From Gemmatimonadota bacterium (GTDB lineage: Bacteria; Gemmatimonadota; Gemmatimonadetes; Longimicrobiales; Gaopeijiaceae): a stretch of 60,863 bases of DNA. A program made the position numbers and the translations under genes. Where the stretch lies: the NCBI GenBank assembly GCA_039589315.1, contig JBDHHQ010000020.1, positions 1 to 60,863 of the forward strand, read 5' to 3'. Of the stretch, positions 29,370-39,884 are shown one piece after another. Below the pieces are notes generated by a model. The model saw only the letters and a list, made by a program, of their open reading frames with translations. It was not told the DNA's origin and did not search any database. How positions within the stretch are numbered: position 1 is the first letter of the stretch; the number at the start of each line of letters is the position of its first letter.

Positions 29370-30791
29370 CTACCCGACGGACGCAGCCGCGGCCTGTAGC
29401 AGCTCGAGCTCGGAATCACCCAGCGCGCCGCCGGGACGGCACAGTCGGGACCGGTTGTGCAGCGCCTTGAAACGGACGCACTCGGCGATCTTCTCGCGGA
29501 CCGGATCTTCGTACCGGAAGAAATCGACGTCGAGGGTCGGATCGTGCTCGAGAAAGGCCCTCGACTGGCTCGGCTCGAGCAAGTGGACGTTCGGCTCGTC
29601 GGGGATGAGCACCGGATCCAACCACCAGTTCGTGAACGCGTACTCGGCGTGCCAGGTATCGTAGATCTGCGTGCCCGGGAACGGTACCAGGACGCCCCGG
29701 TGGTTGAAGAACGTCGTGTGGGGAGCCAGCTCGTTCATCAGGTCGAAGGTATGCCCGAGCTCGGTGAGGCCCTCGCCCGGGAAGCCGAACATGAAGTTCA
29801 CGATGGTCGTCATCCCCTCGGCACTCGCCGCTACGACCGCGGCTTTGACGTGCTCCGGCCGTTGGCCCTTCTGAATCACGCGTAGCACGTTGTAGTCGCC
29901 GCTCTCGATGCCGAAGTTCACCGCCACACAACCCGCCTGCCGCATGCGCGCCAGGTCTCTTGGCTTGACCATGTTGCCCGGTGTGATGCACGTCCAGGTT
30001 ACGCCTTCGAGGGCTGGCTCCGCCTGAATCGCGTCGCACAGAGCGTTCAGGCGCGGCCTCCTCGCCGTGAACGCGTCGTCCCAGAACGGGAAGTGCGCGA
30101 TCCCGTAGCGCTCTCTCAGCAGTCGCATCTCGGCGACCACGTTCTCTGGGGATCGCCACCGGTAGGCTCGGCCGGTCACGTAGTTCGCGCAGAAGGTGCA
30201 TCGAGCGGGGCAGCCGCGGCTCGTCATGAGCCCGCCCGGCACCACCACGCCTCGGGGGGAGTACCACCTCGAGTCGAAGCAGCCGTAGCTCTCGAGCGGG
30301 AAGGCGAGCGCGTCCAGGTCCTCGATCGGCCACTTGGGTGGTCCACTCCCGCCGGCGAAGCGCACCCCCGGAATCGCGCCCAACTCCAGGTCGCCACGGT
30401 CCAGATGTCGCGCCAACGTCCGCATCGTGTGCTCGCCCTCACCTGCCACCGCCACGTCGAATCCGCCGCATTCGATGGGTTCGTCAGGGCGCACCGTCGG
30501 GTGAGGGCCGCCGGCCACCAGCATTCGCGTCGTTCCAGACAGTCGACGCGCCAACTCGTAACCGCGGCGCGCGTTGTAGGTGAAGAGCGTCATGCCCACC
30601 AGGTCCGGCACCCAGCGGGCGACCGCATCGACAGCGTCGTCGTCGTCCCCGTCCCAGAGCGCGGCGGCCAGGTCGAGGCAGGACACCTCGTGGCCATCGG
30701 CCAAGAGGCTCGATGCGACGTACTGCTGCCCGACGTAGGGGCACCCCAAGCGTTGGGGCAGGTGAGGCATGATCAGAAGGACGCGTGCCAT
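29370..30791 (-). CDS. cobalamin-binding radical SAM protein
   Basis: B12-binding domain (VAGGPHPT, GEGE), TSRGCPARCTFC CxxxCxxC, FWDDAF, FGIESG and FMFGFPGE. Confidence 0.92.
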   Translation of the reverse strand: MARVLLIMPHLPQRLGCPYVGQQYVASSLLADGHEVSCLDLAAALWDGDDDDAVDAVARWVPDLVGMTLFTYNARRGYELARRLSGTTRMLVAGGPHPTVRPDEPIECGGFDVAVAGEGEHTMRTLARHLDRGDLELGAIPGVRFAGGSGPPKWPIEDLDALAFPLESYGCFDSRWYSPRGVVVPGGLMTSRGCPARCTFCANYVTGRAYRWRSPENVVAEMRLLRERYGIAHFPFWDDAFTARRPRLNALCDAIQAEPALEGVTWTCITPGNMVKPRDLARMRQAGCVAVNFGIESGDYNVLRVIQKGQRPEHVKAAVVAASAEGMTTIVNFMFGFPGEGLTELGHTFDLMNELAPHTTFFNHRGVLVPFPGTQIYDTWHAEYAFTNWWLDPVLIPDEPNVHLLEPSQSRAFLEHDPTLDVDFFRYEDPVREKIAECVRFKALHNRSRLCRPGGALGDSELELLQAAAASVG

Positions 30792-31210
30792 GTGTCTCGA
30801 TGTCGTGTGCTCGGTAGGCGGTTGGGCGCGCTCGGTCGCTCCCGCCAGTGGCTAGGAACAACTGGGAAACGAGCCCTTCGGCTCGATCAGAACCTCACCC
30901 TGGACTTCCGTCGATCTCCGGCATCGTGCTCCTCCCTGCTGAAGCGTGTTGTGAGAACTTGCGTGGTCGGACCCAGCCCGGCCACCCATTCGACGGTACC
31001 GGTGCCACCGTGCCTCGGGCTCGCGTATGACGCGATCGTTCGGCAGATTCAGCCGCAAGGCTGCGGCACCCACCCTGAAGAGCGCCCGCTCAACCGTGAT
31101 GATGTCGAGAACAGCTGACGAGCCGCCCCCGGGGAGGGTCGGGCGACGGGTCAGCCTGCCCTCAAAGAGCTGGGTCGTGCCGCGTAACGACGATCAACAG
31201 GAGGCCAGCG

Positions 31211-31621
31211 GTGTCAGAGGACAACAAGGCGGTGGTCCGGAGGCTCTACGAGGCGATGGGGGCAGGAGACTTCGAGACCCTGGAGGAGCTCATTGCCGAT
31301 GATATGGTCGAACACGAGGAGATTCCTGGATTCGAACCCAACAAGCAAGGCACCCTCCAGTTCTTCAAGATCCTGCGAGCGGCGTTTCCGGACCTGATCA
31401 TGGCTCCCGACGACATGGTCTCGGAGGGCCACAGGGTCTTCGTCCGGGCAACCATGACGGGCACGCAACAGGGCGAATTCATGGGCATTCCGGCAACGGG
31501 CAAGCACATCGAGGTCCCCGTCGCGGACTTCATTCGCCTGGAAGACGGCAAGCTCGTCGAGCACTGGGGAATCACGGACACCGAGACGATGATGCGCCAG
31601 CTGGGCCTGATGGAGAGCTGA
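31211..31621 (+). CDS. SnoaL-like ester cyclase family protein
   Basis: GGAGG RBS; NKAVVRR, AAFPDL, GT..GEFMGIPATGK and GKLVEHWG. Confidence 0.9.
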   Translation: MSEDNKAVVRRLYEAMGAGDFETLEELIADDMVEHEEIPGFEPNKQGTLQFFKILRAAFPDLIMAPDDMVSEGHRVFVRATMTGTQQGEFMGIPATGKHIEVPVADFIRLEDGKLVEHWGITDTETMMRQLGLMES

Positions 31622-31652
31622 CGCCGAGCGTCCGGTCACCGCCCCTCTCCGT

Positions 31653-32054
31653 TCACTCCTCCACGGGCTGGGGCCGATCACGTTCGCGGTCGACGACGCA
31701 TACGAACCCGAGGGGCTCCGCGTCGTGGGCCTCGAACCGGTGCACGTCGTGGCCTGCGACGTAGACTACGTCCAGGGGTCGAAGCGCCTCGATGTGATCA
31801 CCGAGCCGCACCGCGCCCCGCCCCTTCACCACGATGACGGCGTGCGGGTGCGCGTGTCGCTCGAGAGACGAGTAGCCGCCTGGTGCCACCTCGAAGTACC
31901 GCACCTCGAAGGCCAGGTCGGACTCGGCGCCGGGGCCGCCCAGGAGCGTGTGGCGGACCACGCCGAGAAACGGGCCAGTCCCATCCTTGTAGCGCCTCAC
32001 GTCCACGCCCGTCCAGCCGGCGTCCGTGCCTCTGATGACGAAAGAGCCGCTCAC
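31653..32054 (-). CDS. cupin protein, candidate methylthioxylulose-5-phosphate methylsulfurylase
   Basis: RYFEVAPGGYSSLERHAHPHAV and FVCVVDRERDRP; GTGA overlap with the RLP gene. Confidence 0.8.
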   Translation of the reverse strand: MSGSFVIRGTDAGWTGVDVRRYKDGTGPFLGVVRHTLLGGPGAESDLAFEVRYFEVAPGGYSSLERHAHPHAVIVVKGRGAVRLGDHIEALRPLDVVYVAGHDVHRFEAHDAEPLGFVCVVDRERDRPQPVEE

Positions 32055-33196
32055 GATCGCAAGGTCGACGGCGTCGCCGCGACGGCAGCCTCAACGACGC
32101 GACGTGTGGCCCCGAGCAGATCGTCTCGAGCCAGCAGGCTGCCCCCGATGAGGAGCATCGTATCCGGTCCGTACCGCTCGAGCCATCTGTCAGCGTCGGC
32201 GGCCTGGACACCACCGGCCGGAGCTGGCATAGCTGCGCGAAGGCGGCCGAGCGGTGCACGGAGGCGCGCGTTGATGGCCTCGCACGCCTCGACGGGCCAG
32301 GCGAAGCGGCCGCCCGCGTTGACGTAGACCACGGTGTCGGCGCCGGCGGCCCGGAAGATCGTGCCGTAGAGCACGTCGGGGGCGATACCCTCGCTCCTGC
32401 CCGGCGCGGTCTGGCTATGGGTGGGATGAGCCATGATCGCGAGCCCGCGGGGGCCGTCCGCGATGCTGCGCATCACGTCGAGACCCATCAGACTCGGACA
32501 CACCATGACGCCCCCACACCCCACGGACTGGGCATGGTCGAGCCGCTGCTCCAACGAGTCCACGGGACCGGTGACGTTCGGGAAGTACACGGCACGCCCC
32601 CCCGTCTCCGCGCTTGCGGCGGCCACGGCGGAACCGACGACGGTCACCCGGTCCAGGAAGGGAGCCGGGCGCTGATCCACCAATCCGTGGTCATCCTTGA
32701 TGGCGTCGACCCCGGCGCGCACGAACGTCGTGGCCAGATCGGCCAGTTCCTGCGAGGTCCGGCCCACCGGCTTGATGGCGACGCTGACCAGAGGCCTGCC
32801 GCCCTCCGCACCGACCATCTCACGGAGGCCGGCGATGCCGAATCGCGGGCCGGGTAGCGCGTCGAGCACCTCGGACGGCAGGACTAGGTCGACCAGGCGC
32901 ACTCCATTCATGAGCGACACGTTCCCATACGCAACGTTCAGGACCTGCAAGAGCTCGGTCCCCGTGACGTCGAGGGCGTAGGAGATCGTGATGTCGAAGC
33001 CACCTGCGGAGAGCGCCGCGATGTCGTCGATCCGCCCGAGCAGCCGGCCTTCGAGCGCATCGCCCGCTACCCCGGGTGGCACCTCGAGCGTCTGCTCTCG
33101 TGCGATAGCCAGCGCTAGATCGGTCGCTTCGTCGTACGTGGCGCAGCGAAGGCGATAGGTGGCTACCATTCGGCGGGACTGTGGGGGCTCGGTCAT
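32051..33196 (-). CDS. RuBisCO-like protein (form IV), candidate methylthioribulose-1-phosphate 1,3-isomerase
   Basis: IAREQTLE, YGNVSL, GPRFG..GLR, IKPVG, KDDHGL (His replaces the carboxylase Glu), YFPNVT and PAPAGG. Confidence 0.88.
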   Translation of the reverse strand: MTEPPQSRRMVATYRLRCATYDEATDLALAIAREQTLEVPPGVAGDALEGRLLGRIDDIAALSAGGFDITISYALDVTGTELLQVLNVAYGNVSLMNGVRLVDLVLPSEVLDALPGPRFGIAGLREMVGAEGGRPLVSVAIKPVGRTSQELADLATTFVRAGVDAIKDDHGLVDQRPAPFLDRVTVVGSAVAAASAETGGRAVYFPNVTGPVDSLEQRLDHAQSVGCGGVMVCPSLMGLDVMRSIADGPRGLAIMAHPTHSQTAPGRSEGIAPDVLYGTIFRAAGADTVVYVNAGGRFAWPVEACEAINARLRAPLGRLRAAMPAPAGGVQAADADRWLERYGPDTMLLIGGSLLARDDLLGATRRVVEAAVAATPSTLRS

Positions 33197-33710
33197 CTGC
33201 TGTGGGTCTGGTCCGGGGCGTGAGATGGCGTCGCCTTACCCATCGAGGGAAGCTGGACCTGGGAGCGTGACATCTGTGGAACCACGGTACCCGCTTGCTG
33301 GCGGCCCATGCAAGAACGCGCCGACGACGGGCTGGGGCCGGCGTGCCCATTTTGGGGGACCGACCGGCCTCGCTCACCTACCGGCCGCTGCCGGCCAGAA
33401 CATCACTTCGGTGTAGGGAATCTCCCCACCTCATCGGGCGGGGGTTGCCTGACAGACACGTCTCGTGCCCTGATCCCAATCTGGCATGGCGTCCGTTACC
33501 TACCTCGCTCCACGATGAGTGAGTCGTGAATCTACGGCCAAGACTGCAACGTCCTACCCCTCCGGACGACTCGCGCGGCCACTCTGGATCCGGCCCACCG
33601 GCGGCCAAACGGTGAGGACCCGGACCGTTTGCACCCCACCCACCGCATGTCGCCTCCGCTCGACTCAGGGATCATCAGTCCGGGTTGAAAACTCTCAAGA
33701 TAGGTGGACC

Positions 33711-34586
33711 ATGGTGAGGTACCTGAGGGTCGCCGACGCCGTCCAGATCCGCGTCGCCGCCTGCGCGGTGACGGTTGCCTGGAGCTTGCTGCACGCGGCG
33801 GCAACCCTGTCGGCCCAGGACCCGGTGGAGCAGGGCCGGGAGATCTTCCAGACCACCTGTGCCGTGTGTCACACGATCGGGGGTGGCAACCTGGTGGGTC
33901 CGGACCTTCAGGGTGTCACCGAACGCCGGGACGAAGACTGGATCATACGGTTCGTGCAGCACTCCACCGAGGTGGTCGAGTCCGGTGACTCGGTCGCGGT
34001 AGCCCTCTTCGAACAGTTCTACCGGGTGCCGATGCCGGATCAGCCGCTCACCGACGAGCAGATCCGGGCGGTGCTCGCCTACACGCAGACCGACGCGGCG
34101 GTGACGGCGGCGGCCCCGGAGCCCCTCCCGGAAGCCACGGCCGAGCAGATCCTCCTGGGACAGGCGCTATTCCAGGGGCACACGCGGTTCACCAACGGCG
34201 GTCCGACGTGCAACTCCTGCCATGAGGTCACCAACGACGCCGTCATCGGCGGTGGTCTCCTGGCCCGTGACCTCACCACGGTGTTTTCGCGTCTCGGCGG
34301 TCCCGGCGTGCGCGCGGTCGTCGGCAGCTCTCCGTACCCCGTGATGCAGCGCGCCTATCTGGAGAACCCCCTCACCGACGACGAGGTGGTCGCCCTCGTG
34401 GGGTTCCTGAAGAAGGCCGACGAGGAGCAGGCGTTCCATCAACCGCGGGACTACGGGCCAAAGCTGTTCGGGGCCGGCGTCGCGGGGACATTGGTCCTGT
34501 TCGTGTCTTGCTCGCTCGTCTGGAACGGGCGCAAGAGAGGCTCGGTGAACCAGGCCATCTTCGACAGACAGGTCCGGTCCACCTGA
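33711..34586 (+). CDS. membrane-anchored diheme cytochrome c (NarC-like)
   Basis: Signal peptide ending LSAQ; CAVCH and CNSCH; GPDL.GV; C-terminal TM helix; directly upstream of narG. Confidence 0.85.
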   Translation: MVRYLRVADAVQIRVAACAVTVAWSLLHAAATLSAQDPVEQGREIFQTTCAVCHTIGGGNLVGPDLQGVTERRDEDWIIRFVQHSTEVVESGDSVAVALFEQFYRVPMPDQPLTDEQIRAVLAYTQTDAAVTAAAPEPLPEATAEQILLGQALFQGHTRFTNGGPTCNSCHEVTNDAVIGGGLLARDLTTVFSRLGGPGVRAVVGSSPYPVMQRAYLENPLTDDEVVALVGFLKKADEEQAFHQPRDYGPKLFGAGVAGTLVLFVSCSLVWNGRKRGSVNQAIFDRQVRST

Positions 34587-34653
34587 GGCTGCAGGTCTGA
34601 TCGGGGTCACCTACGGGCGACCCCTCGAAATCGAGCGAACCCGGGGAACGACC

Positions 34654-37600
34654 ATGGGTTGGATCAAAGACATCATCTCGCCGCAGACCCGGAAGTGGGA
34701 GGAGTTCTACCGGAACCGCTTCCAGCACGATCGCATCGTGAGGAGCACGCACGGCGTGAACTGCACCGGGGGATGCTCCTGGGAGATCCATGTCAAGGAC
34801 GGGATCGTCACCTGGGAGACGCAGCAGCTCGACTACCCGCTCCTGGAGGACTCCCTACCTCCGTACGAGCCGCGGGGATGTCAGCGCGGCATCTCCTACT
34901 CCTGGTACCTGTACAGCCCCCTGCGCATCAAATACCCGCTCATCCGCGGAGCGCTGATCGACGCCTACCGCGCGAAGAGGCGGGAGCTGGGCGATCCGAT
35001 GAAGGCGTGGAAGGCTCTCCAGGCGGACGAGGGCGCGCGCAGGGCCTACCAACAGGCCCGTGGCAAGGGCGGGTTCAGACGGGCGAGCTGGGACGAGGTG
35101 CTGGAGCTGATGGCGGTCGCCAACATCCACACCGCTGAGACGTACGGGCCCGACCGGGTCATCGGGTTCAGCCCGATCCCCGCCATGTCCATGCTGAGCT
35201 ACGCCGCCGGAGGCCGCTTCCTCCAGTTGTTCGGAGGCGTCAACCTCAGCTTCTACGACTGGTACTGCGATCTCCCCACGGCATTCCCGGAGATCTGGGG
35301 AGAGCAGACCGACGTATGCGAGAGCGCCGACTGGTACAACGCGAAGATGATCGCGGACATGGGGGCGTGTCTCAACATGACCCGGACCCCGGACTGCCAC
35401 TTCTTCGCCGAGTCTCGACACAACGGCACCAAGGCCGTGGTCTTCTCCCCGGACTTCAGCCAGGTCTGCAAGTACGCCGACCAGTGGGTCCCCCTCCACG
35501 CCGGCAGCGACGGCGCCTTCTGGATGGCCGTGACCCACGTGATCCTGAAGGAGTTCCACCACGAGAAGAGGACCCCGTACTTCATCGATTACGTCAAGAA
35601 GTACACCGATAGCCCCTACCTCGTGAAGCTCGAGAAGGTGGGTGAGACGTACAAGCCCGGACGTCTCCTCCGGGCCAACGAGCTCGCGGAGTACAGCGAC
35701 CTTCCCAACGGGGACTGGAAGTTCGTCAACCTCGACGCCAACACGGGCCGGTTCGTGGTGCCGAAGGGCAGCTCGGGCTCTCGCTGGGACGAGAAGCAGG
35801 GCAACTGGAACATGAAGGCCGAGAATGCTGCCGACGACCAGCCGTACGACCCGGTGCTCACCCTGCTGGGACGGAGCGATCGGGTCGTCCAGACCGCGTT
35901 CACCGAGTTCGGCCTCGACCGGACCGTGCACCGCGGCGTTCCCGTCATGGAGGTCCAGACCCCGGACGGGACCGTGACAGTCACGACCGTCTATGACCTG
36001 ACCATGGCCCAGTACGGCGTGAGCCGGGACCTGCCCGGCGACTACCCGGCCAACTACGACGACAAGGACGCGGCGTACACGCCGGCGTGGCAGGAGATCT
36101 TCACCGGCGTCGCGGCCCGCACGGTGACCCAGTTCGCTCGGGAGTGGGCCAGCACCGCCGACGCCACGGGCGGGAAGTGCATGATCATCATCGGGGCGGG
36201 GATCAACCACTGGTATCACGCCAACCTCATGTACCGAGCAGGTGCCATGGCCCTGATGCTCACGGGCTGCGTGGGGAAGAACGGCGGCGGTCTCAACCAC
36301 TACGTGGGACAGGAGAAGCTGGCCCCGATGGACTCCTGGGGAACCATCGCGTTCGGCAAGGACTGGCAAGGAGCGATTCGACTCCAACAGGCTCCCATCT
36401 GGCACTACATGAACACCTGCCAGTACCGATACGACGGCCAGTTCTCCCGGTACAACACGGTGCCCGACAACGATCTCACGCGCCAACACACGGCGGACCA
36501 GATCTTCAAGTCCGTCCGCATGGGGTGGATGCCCTTCTATCCGCAGTTCGACCAGAACACGCTGGACCTGTGCCGAGAGGCGGCCCAAAACGGGGCCATG
36601 GACGACGAGGGCATCAAGCGGTACGTCCTGGACAAGCTCAAGAACAAGAGCCTGAAGTACTCGGTCAGCGATCCGGACGCCGAGCACAACTTCCCACGCG
36701 TGTGGTACATCTGGCGGGGCAACGCGATCATGGGGAGCATGAAGGGGCATGAGTACGCCCTCAAGCACTACCTCGGAACCCATTCGAACGCCATCGCCGA
36801 GGACTCGGAGGACCGTACCCAAGAGGTGATGTGGCACGACGTGGCGCCCGTCGGGAAGATGGACCTCGTCGTCGACCTCAACTTCCGGATGGACTCCTCG
36901 GCCCTCTACTCGGACATCGTGCTCCCGGCGGCCTCGTGGTACGAGAAGGCCGACCTGAACAGCACCGACCTACACTCTTTCATCCATCCGCTGTCCGCGG
37001 CGATCGCCCCCGTATGGGAGTCCCGGACCGACTGGGACATCTTCCGCGACCTGGCCAAGGCGACGAGCGAAGCGGCCGAGAAGTACTTCCGCGAGCCGCA
37101 GAAAGACATCGTTGCGGCACCCATCGCCCATGACTCCGCCGGGGAGATCTCCCAGCCCGTCATCAGAGACTGGTACCACGGGGAATGCGAGGCCGTGCCT
37201 GGCAAGACCATGCACAACCTGGCCGTGGTGGACCGCGACTACACGAAGATCTACGACAAGTTCATCAGCCTCGGGGATCGCATCAGGACCTCGGGGCTCG
37301 GCGCGCACGGGAACCACTACCGGTGTGAGGACGCGTACGACGAGATGGTGGCGTCCAACTACTTCCCCGTCGAGCGTCGTAACGGAGACAAGTACCCGTC
37401 ACTGAAGGAAGCCGAGTCGGCCGCGAACGCGGTTCTGCACCTCTCGACCCTCACGAACGGCACGCTCAACGTGAGGGCCTACCGGGACGCAGAGCAACGA
37501 ACGGGCCTTGACCTCGTGGACCTCGGAGCGGGCAGCGAAGACCTGAGGATCCGGTACTCCGACCTGCAGGCCCAGCCACGGCGCTACAACACCTCGCCCC

Positions 37601-38268
37601 TGTGGTCGGGGGTCATGACCGGCGGGAGAGCCTACGCCCCCTACACCTACAACGTCGAGAAGCTGATCCCGTGGCGGACGCTCACCGGTCGGCAGCACTT
37701 CTACCTCGACCACGAGATGTATCTGGCGTACGGCGAGAACCTGCCGACCTACAAACCGTCACCCAAGCCGGCGGCGTACGGCGACCTCAAGCAGACGCTG
37801 AAGGACGGGGACGCGAGGATCCTGAACTGTCTGACGCCGCACGGGAAGTGGCACATCCACTCCACGTACATGGAGAATCACCGGATGCTGACCCTGTCCC
37901 GAGGTTGCGAGCCGGTTTGGATGAGCGAGGTGGATGCGGCCGAGCTCGGCATCCAGGACAATGACTGGGTGGAGGTCTACAACGACCACGGCGTCTACGC
38001 CGCCCGGGCCAGCGTCAGCGCCCGGATTCCGAAGGGCGTGTGCATCGTCTACCACGTCCCGGAGCGCACGGTCGGGATCCCGAAATCACAGGTCCGCGGC
38101 GGCAAGCGGGCAGGAGGGCACAACAGCTTCACGCGCATCCACCTGAAGCCGAACTTCCTGGCCGGTGGATACGGGCAGTTCAGCTACCACTTCAACTACT
38201 GGGGGCCGATCGCCCCCAACCGCGACACCCACGTCGTGGTCAAGCGAATGGACAAGGTGGTCTGGTAA
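34654..38268 (+). CDS. narG: respiratory nitrate reductase alpha subunit
   Basis: [16 protein letters not shown]0 motif, [27 protein letters not shown]; no Tat signal. Confidence 0.96.
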   Translation: MGWIKDIISPQTRKWEEFYRNRFQHDRIVRSTHGVNCTGGCSWEIHVKDGIVTWETQQLDYPLLEDSLPPYEPRGCQRGISYSWYLYSPLRIKYPLIRGALIDAYRAKRRELGDPMKAWKALQADEGARRAYQQARGKGGFRRASWDEVLELMAVANIHTAETYGPDRVIGFSPIPAMSMLSYAAGGRFLQLFGGVNLSFYDWYCDLPTAFPEIWGEQTDVCESADWYNAKMIADMGACLNMTRTPDCHFFAESRHNGTKAVVFSPDFSQVCKYADQWVPLHAGSDGAFWMAVTHVILKEFHHEKRTPYFIDYVKKYTDSPYLVKLEKVGETYKPGRLLRANELAEYSDLPNGDWKFVNLDANTGRFVVPKGSSGSRWDEKQGNWNMKAENAADDQPYDPVLTLLGRSDRVVQTAFTEFGLDRTVHRGVPVMEVQTPDGTVTVTTVYDLTMAQYGVSRDLPGDYPANYDDKDAAYTPAWQEIFTGVAARTVTQFAREWASTADATGGKCMIIIGAGINHWYHANLMYRAGAMALMLTGCVGKNGGGLNHYVGQEKLAPMDSWGTIAFGKDWQGAIRLQQAPIWHYMNTCQYRYDGQFSRYNTVPDNDLTRQHTADQIFKSVRMGWMPFYPQFDQNTLDLCREAAQNGAMDDEGIKRYVLDKLKNKSLKYSVSDPDAEHNFPRVWYIWRGNAIMGSMKGHEYALKHYLGTHSNAIAEDSEDRTQEVMWHDVAPVGKMDLVVDLNFRMDSSALYSDIVLPAASWYEKADLNSTDLHSFIHPLSAAIAPVWESRTDWDIFRDLAKATSEAAEKYFREPQKDIVAAPIAHDSAGEISQPVIRDWYHGECEAVPGKTMHNLAVVDRDYTKIYDKFISLGDRIRTSGLGAHGNHYRCEDAYDEMVASNYFPVERRNGDKYPSLKEAESAANAVLHLSTLTNGTLNVRAYRDAEQRTGLDLVDLGAGSEDLRIRYSDLQAQPRRYNTSPLWSGVMTGGRAYAPYTYNVEKLIPWRTLTGRQHFYLDHEMYLAYGENLPTYKPSPKPAAYGDLKQTLKDGDARILNCLTPHGKWHIHSTYMENHRMLTLSRGCEPVWMSEVDAAELGIQDNDWVEVYNDHGVYAARASVSARIPKGVCIVYHVPERTVGIPKSQVRGGKRAGGHNSFTRIHLKPNFLAGGYGQFSYHFNYWGPIAPNRDTHVVVKRMDKVVW

Positions 38269-38328
38269 TGACCGGCGCATCGAGAGCGGCTCGGCGGCTG
38301 CCCTCCGCACACGGACGGGAGACCTAGG

Positions 38329-39882
38329 ATGGATGTTCGCTCACAGATTTCGATGGTGTTCCACCTCGACAAGTGCATCGGCTGCCACACCTGCTCGATC
38401 GCCTGCAAGAACATATGGACGGATCGGAAGGGCGCCGAGTACATGTGGTGGAACAACGTCGAGACGAAACCGGGCACCGGCTATCCCGGCAAGTGGGAAG
38501 ATCAGGAGATCTACAAGGGAGGGTGGGAGAAGAACGGTGACGGCATCGGCCTGAAGGGCGCGGGGAAGCCCAAGAGCCTCACCAACATCTTCCACAACCC
38601 GCATCTGCCCGTCATCGACGACTACTACGAGCCGTTCACGTACAAATACCTCGACCTGATCGAGTCGGCCGCGGGAGACGACCAACCCACGGCCCGGCCC
38701 ATCTCGATGATCACCGGCGAGCCGATGGACATCAAGATGGGGCCGAACTGGGACGACGACCTGAGCGGCTCACCCGACTACGCCCGCAACGATCCGAATC
38801 TCGCGAGCCTTTCGCCGGCCGAGCAGGAGGCCATGTTCCAGCTCGAGCGCATGGCCTTCTTCTACCTTCCCCGCATCTGCAATCACTGCCTGAACGCGGC
38901 GTGTGTGGCCTCATGCCCCTCGGGTGCCATCTACAAGCGCGGCGAGGACGGCATCGTCCTTATCGACCAGACGGTGTGCCGTGGGTGGCGCATGTGCGTC
39001 ACGGCCTGCCCCTACAAGAAGTCCTACTACAACTGGAACACGGGCAAGTCCGAGAAGTGCATCCTGTGCTATCCCAGGATCGAGGCCGGACACGCGCCCG
39101 CTTGCATGCACTCGTGCGTGGGGCGGATCCGGTATCTGGGCGTCATGCTCTATGACGCCGACCAGATCGAAAGCGTCTCCGCCGCCGCCGAGGCCGAACT
39201 CGTGGACCGCCAGATGGACATGATCCTCGACCCGTTCGATCCTGACGTGATCGCGGCGGCCAAGAGCAATGGAGTGGCGCACTCCACCATCGACGCCGCG
39301 CAGAAGTCTCCCACGTACAAGTTCGTGAAGGAGTGGAACCTGGCGCTTCCGCTGCACCCGGAGTTCCGCACGCTGCCGATGCTCTTCTACGTGCCGCCGC
39401 TGCTGCCCGTGATGGCGTCGGTCTCGGACGTCGATCACACCGAGCAGTCCGAGAAGATCAATCCGATCGGCAAGCACTGGCCCGACAGCTGGCTCTACGA
39501 CACGAGCACGAAGGAGCTCTTCGGGACCGTGGACGACGCGCGCTTCCCGCTCGAGTACATGGCCAACCTGTTCAGCGCCGGCGACACTGCGGCGGTCGCG
39601 GATCGCTTGAAGAAGCTCATGGCCGTCCGGCTGCATCGCAGGCAGGAGACCGTGGGCGACGTCAACGCGGAAACCGTGAGCGGCGCTCTGGCCGATACGG
39701 AGCTGACCCCCGAACTGGCCGACGACATCTACTACCTGACGTCGCTGGCCAACTTCGACGACCGCTTCGTGATACCAGCCGCGCATCGCGAACAGGCGAT
39801 CGAGATGATGGAGTTCACCGGCGACGTGAGGGGAAGCACGGGCTTCGGGTTCAAGGCCGGCTCGGCCCGGCGCGGATCGTGA
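38329..39882 (+). CDS. narH: respiratory nitrate reductase beta subunit
   Basis: LDKCIGCHTCSIACK, PRICNHCLNAACVASCP, CRGWRMCVTACPY and CILCYPR. Confidence 0.97.
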   Translation: MDVRSQISMVFHLDKCIGCHTCSIACKNIWTDRKGAEYMWWNNVETKPGTGYPGKWEDQEIYKGGWEKNGDGIGLKGAGKPKSLTNIFHNPHLPVIDDYYEPFTYKYLDLIESAAGDDQPTARPISMITGEPMDIKMGPNWDDDLSGSPDYARNDPNLASLSPAEQEAMFQLERMAFFYLPRICNHCLNAACVASCPSGAIYKRGEDGIVLIDQTVCRGWRMCVTACPYKKSYYNWNTGKSEKCILCYPRIEAGHAPACMHSCVGRIRYLGVMLYDADQIESVSAAAEAELVDRQMDMILDPFDPDVIAAAKSNGVAHSTIDAAQKSPTYKFVKEWNLALPLHPEFRTLPMLFYVPPLLPVMASVSDVDHTEQSEKINPIGKHWPDSWLYDTSTKELFGTVDDARFPLEYMANLFSAGDTAAVADRLKKLMAVRLHRRQETVGDVNAETVSGALADTELTPELADDIYYLTSLANFDDRFVIPAAHREQAIEMMEFTGDVRGSTGFGFKAGSARRGS

Positions 39883-39884
39883 CG

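Noticed and set aside
30800..30915. Cobalamin riboswitch-like fragments on the minus strand upstream of the B12 radical SAM gene (GGAAGTCCAGGGTGAGGTTCTG, GCCACTGGCGGGAG)
   Set aside because: The CCCGCAACTGT segment and the B12 box are not recognisable; an Rfam scan would be needed.
32051..33196. CO2-fixing RuBisCO
   Set aside because: KDDH rather than KDDE, the second Lys of the KPK motif is missing, the protein is short, and there is no small subunit or phosphoribulokinase in the window.
33481..33497. Sigma54-like CTGGCATGGCGTCCGTT upstream of the nar operon
   Set aside because: The -12 position is GT rather than the near-invariant GC.
34654..38268. NarG as nitrite oxidoreductase or periplasmic Nar
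   Set aside because: No Tat motif, and the narJ-narI-narK context fits cytoplasm-facing respiratory Nar; only a phylogeny could fully exclude NXR.
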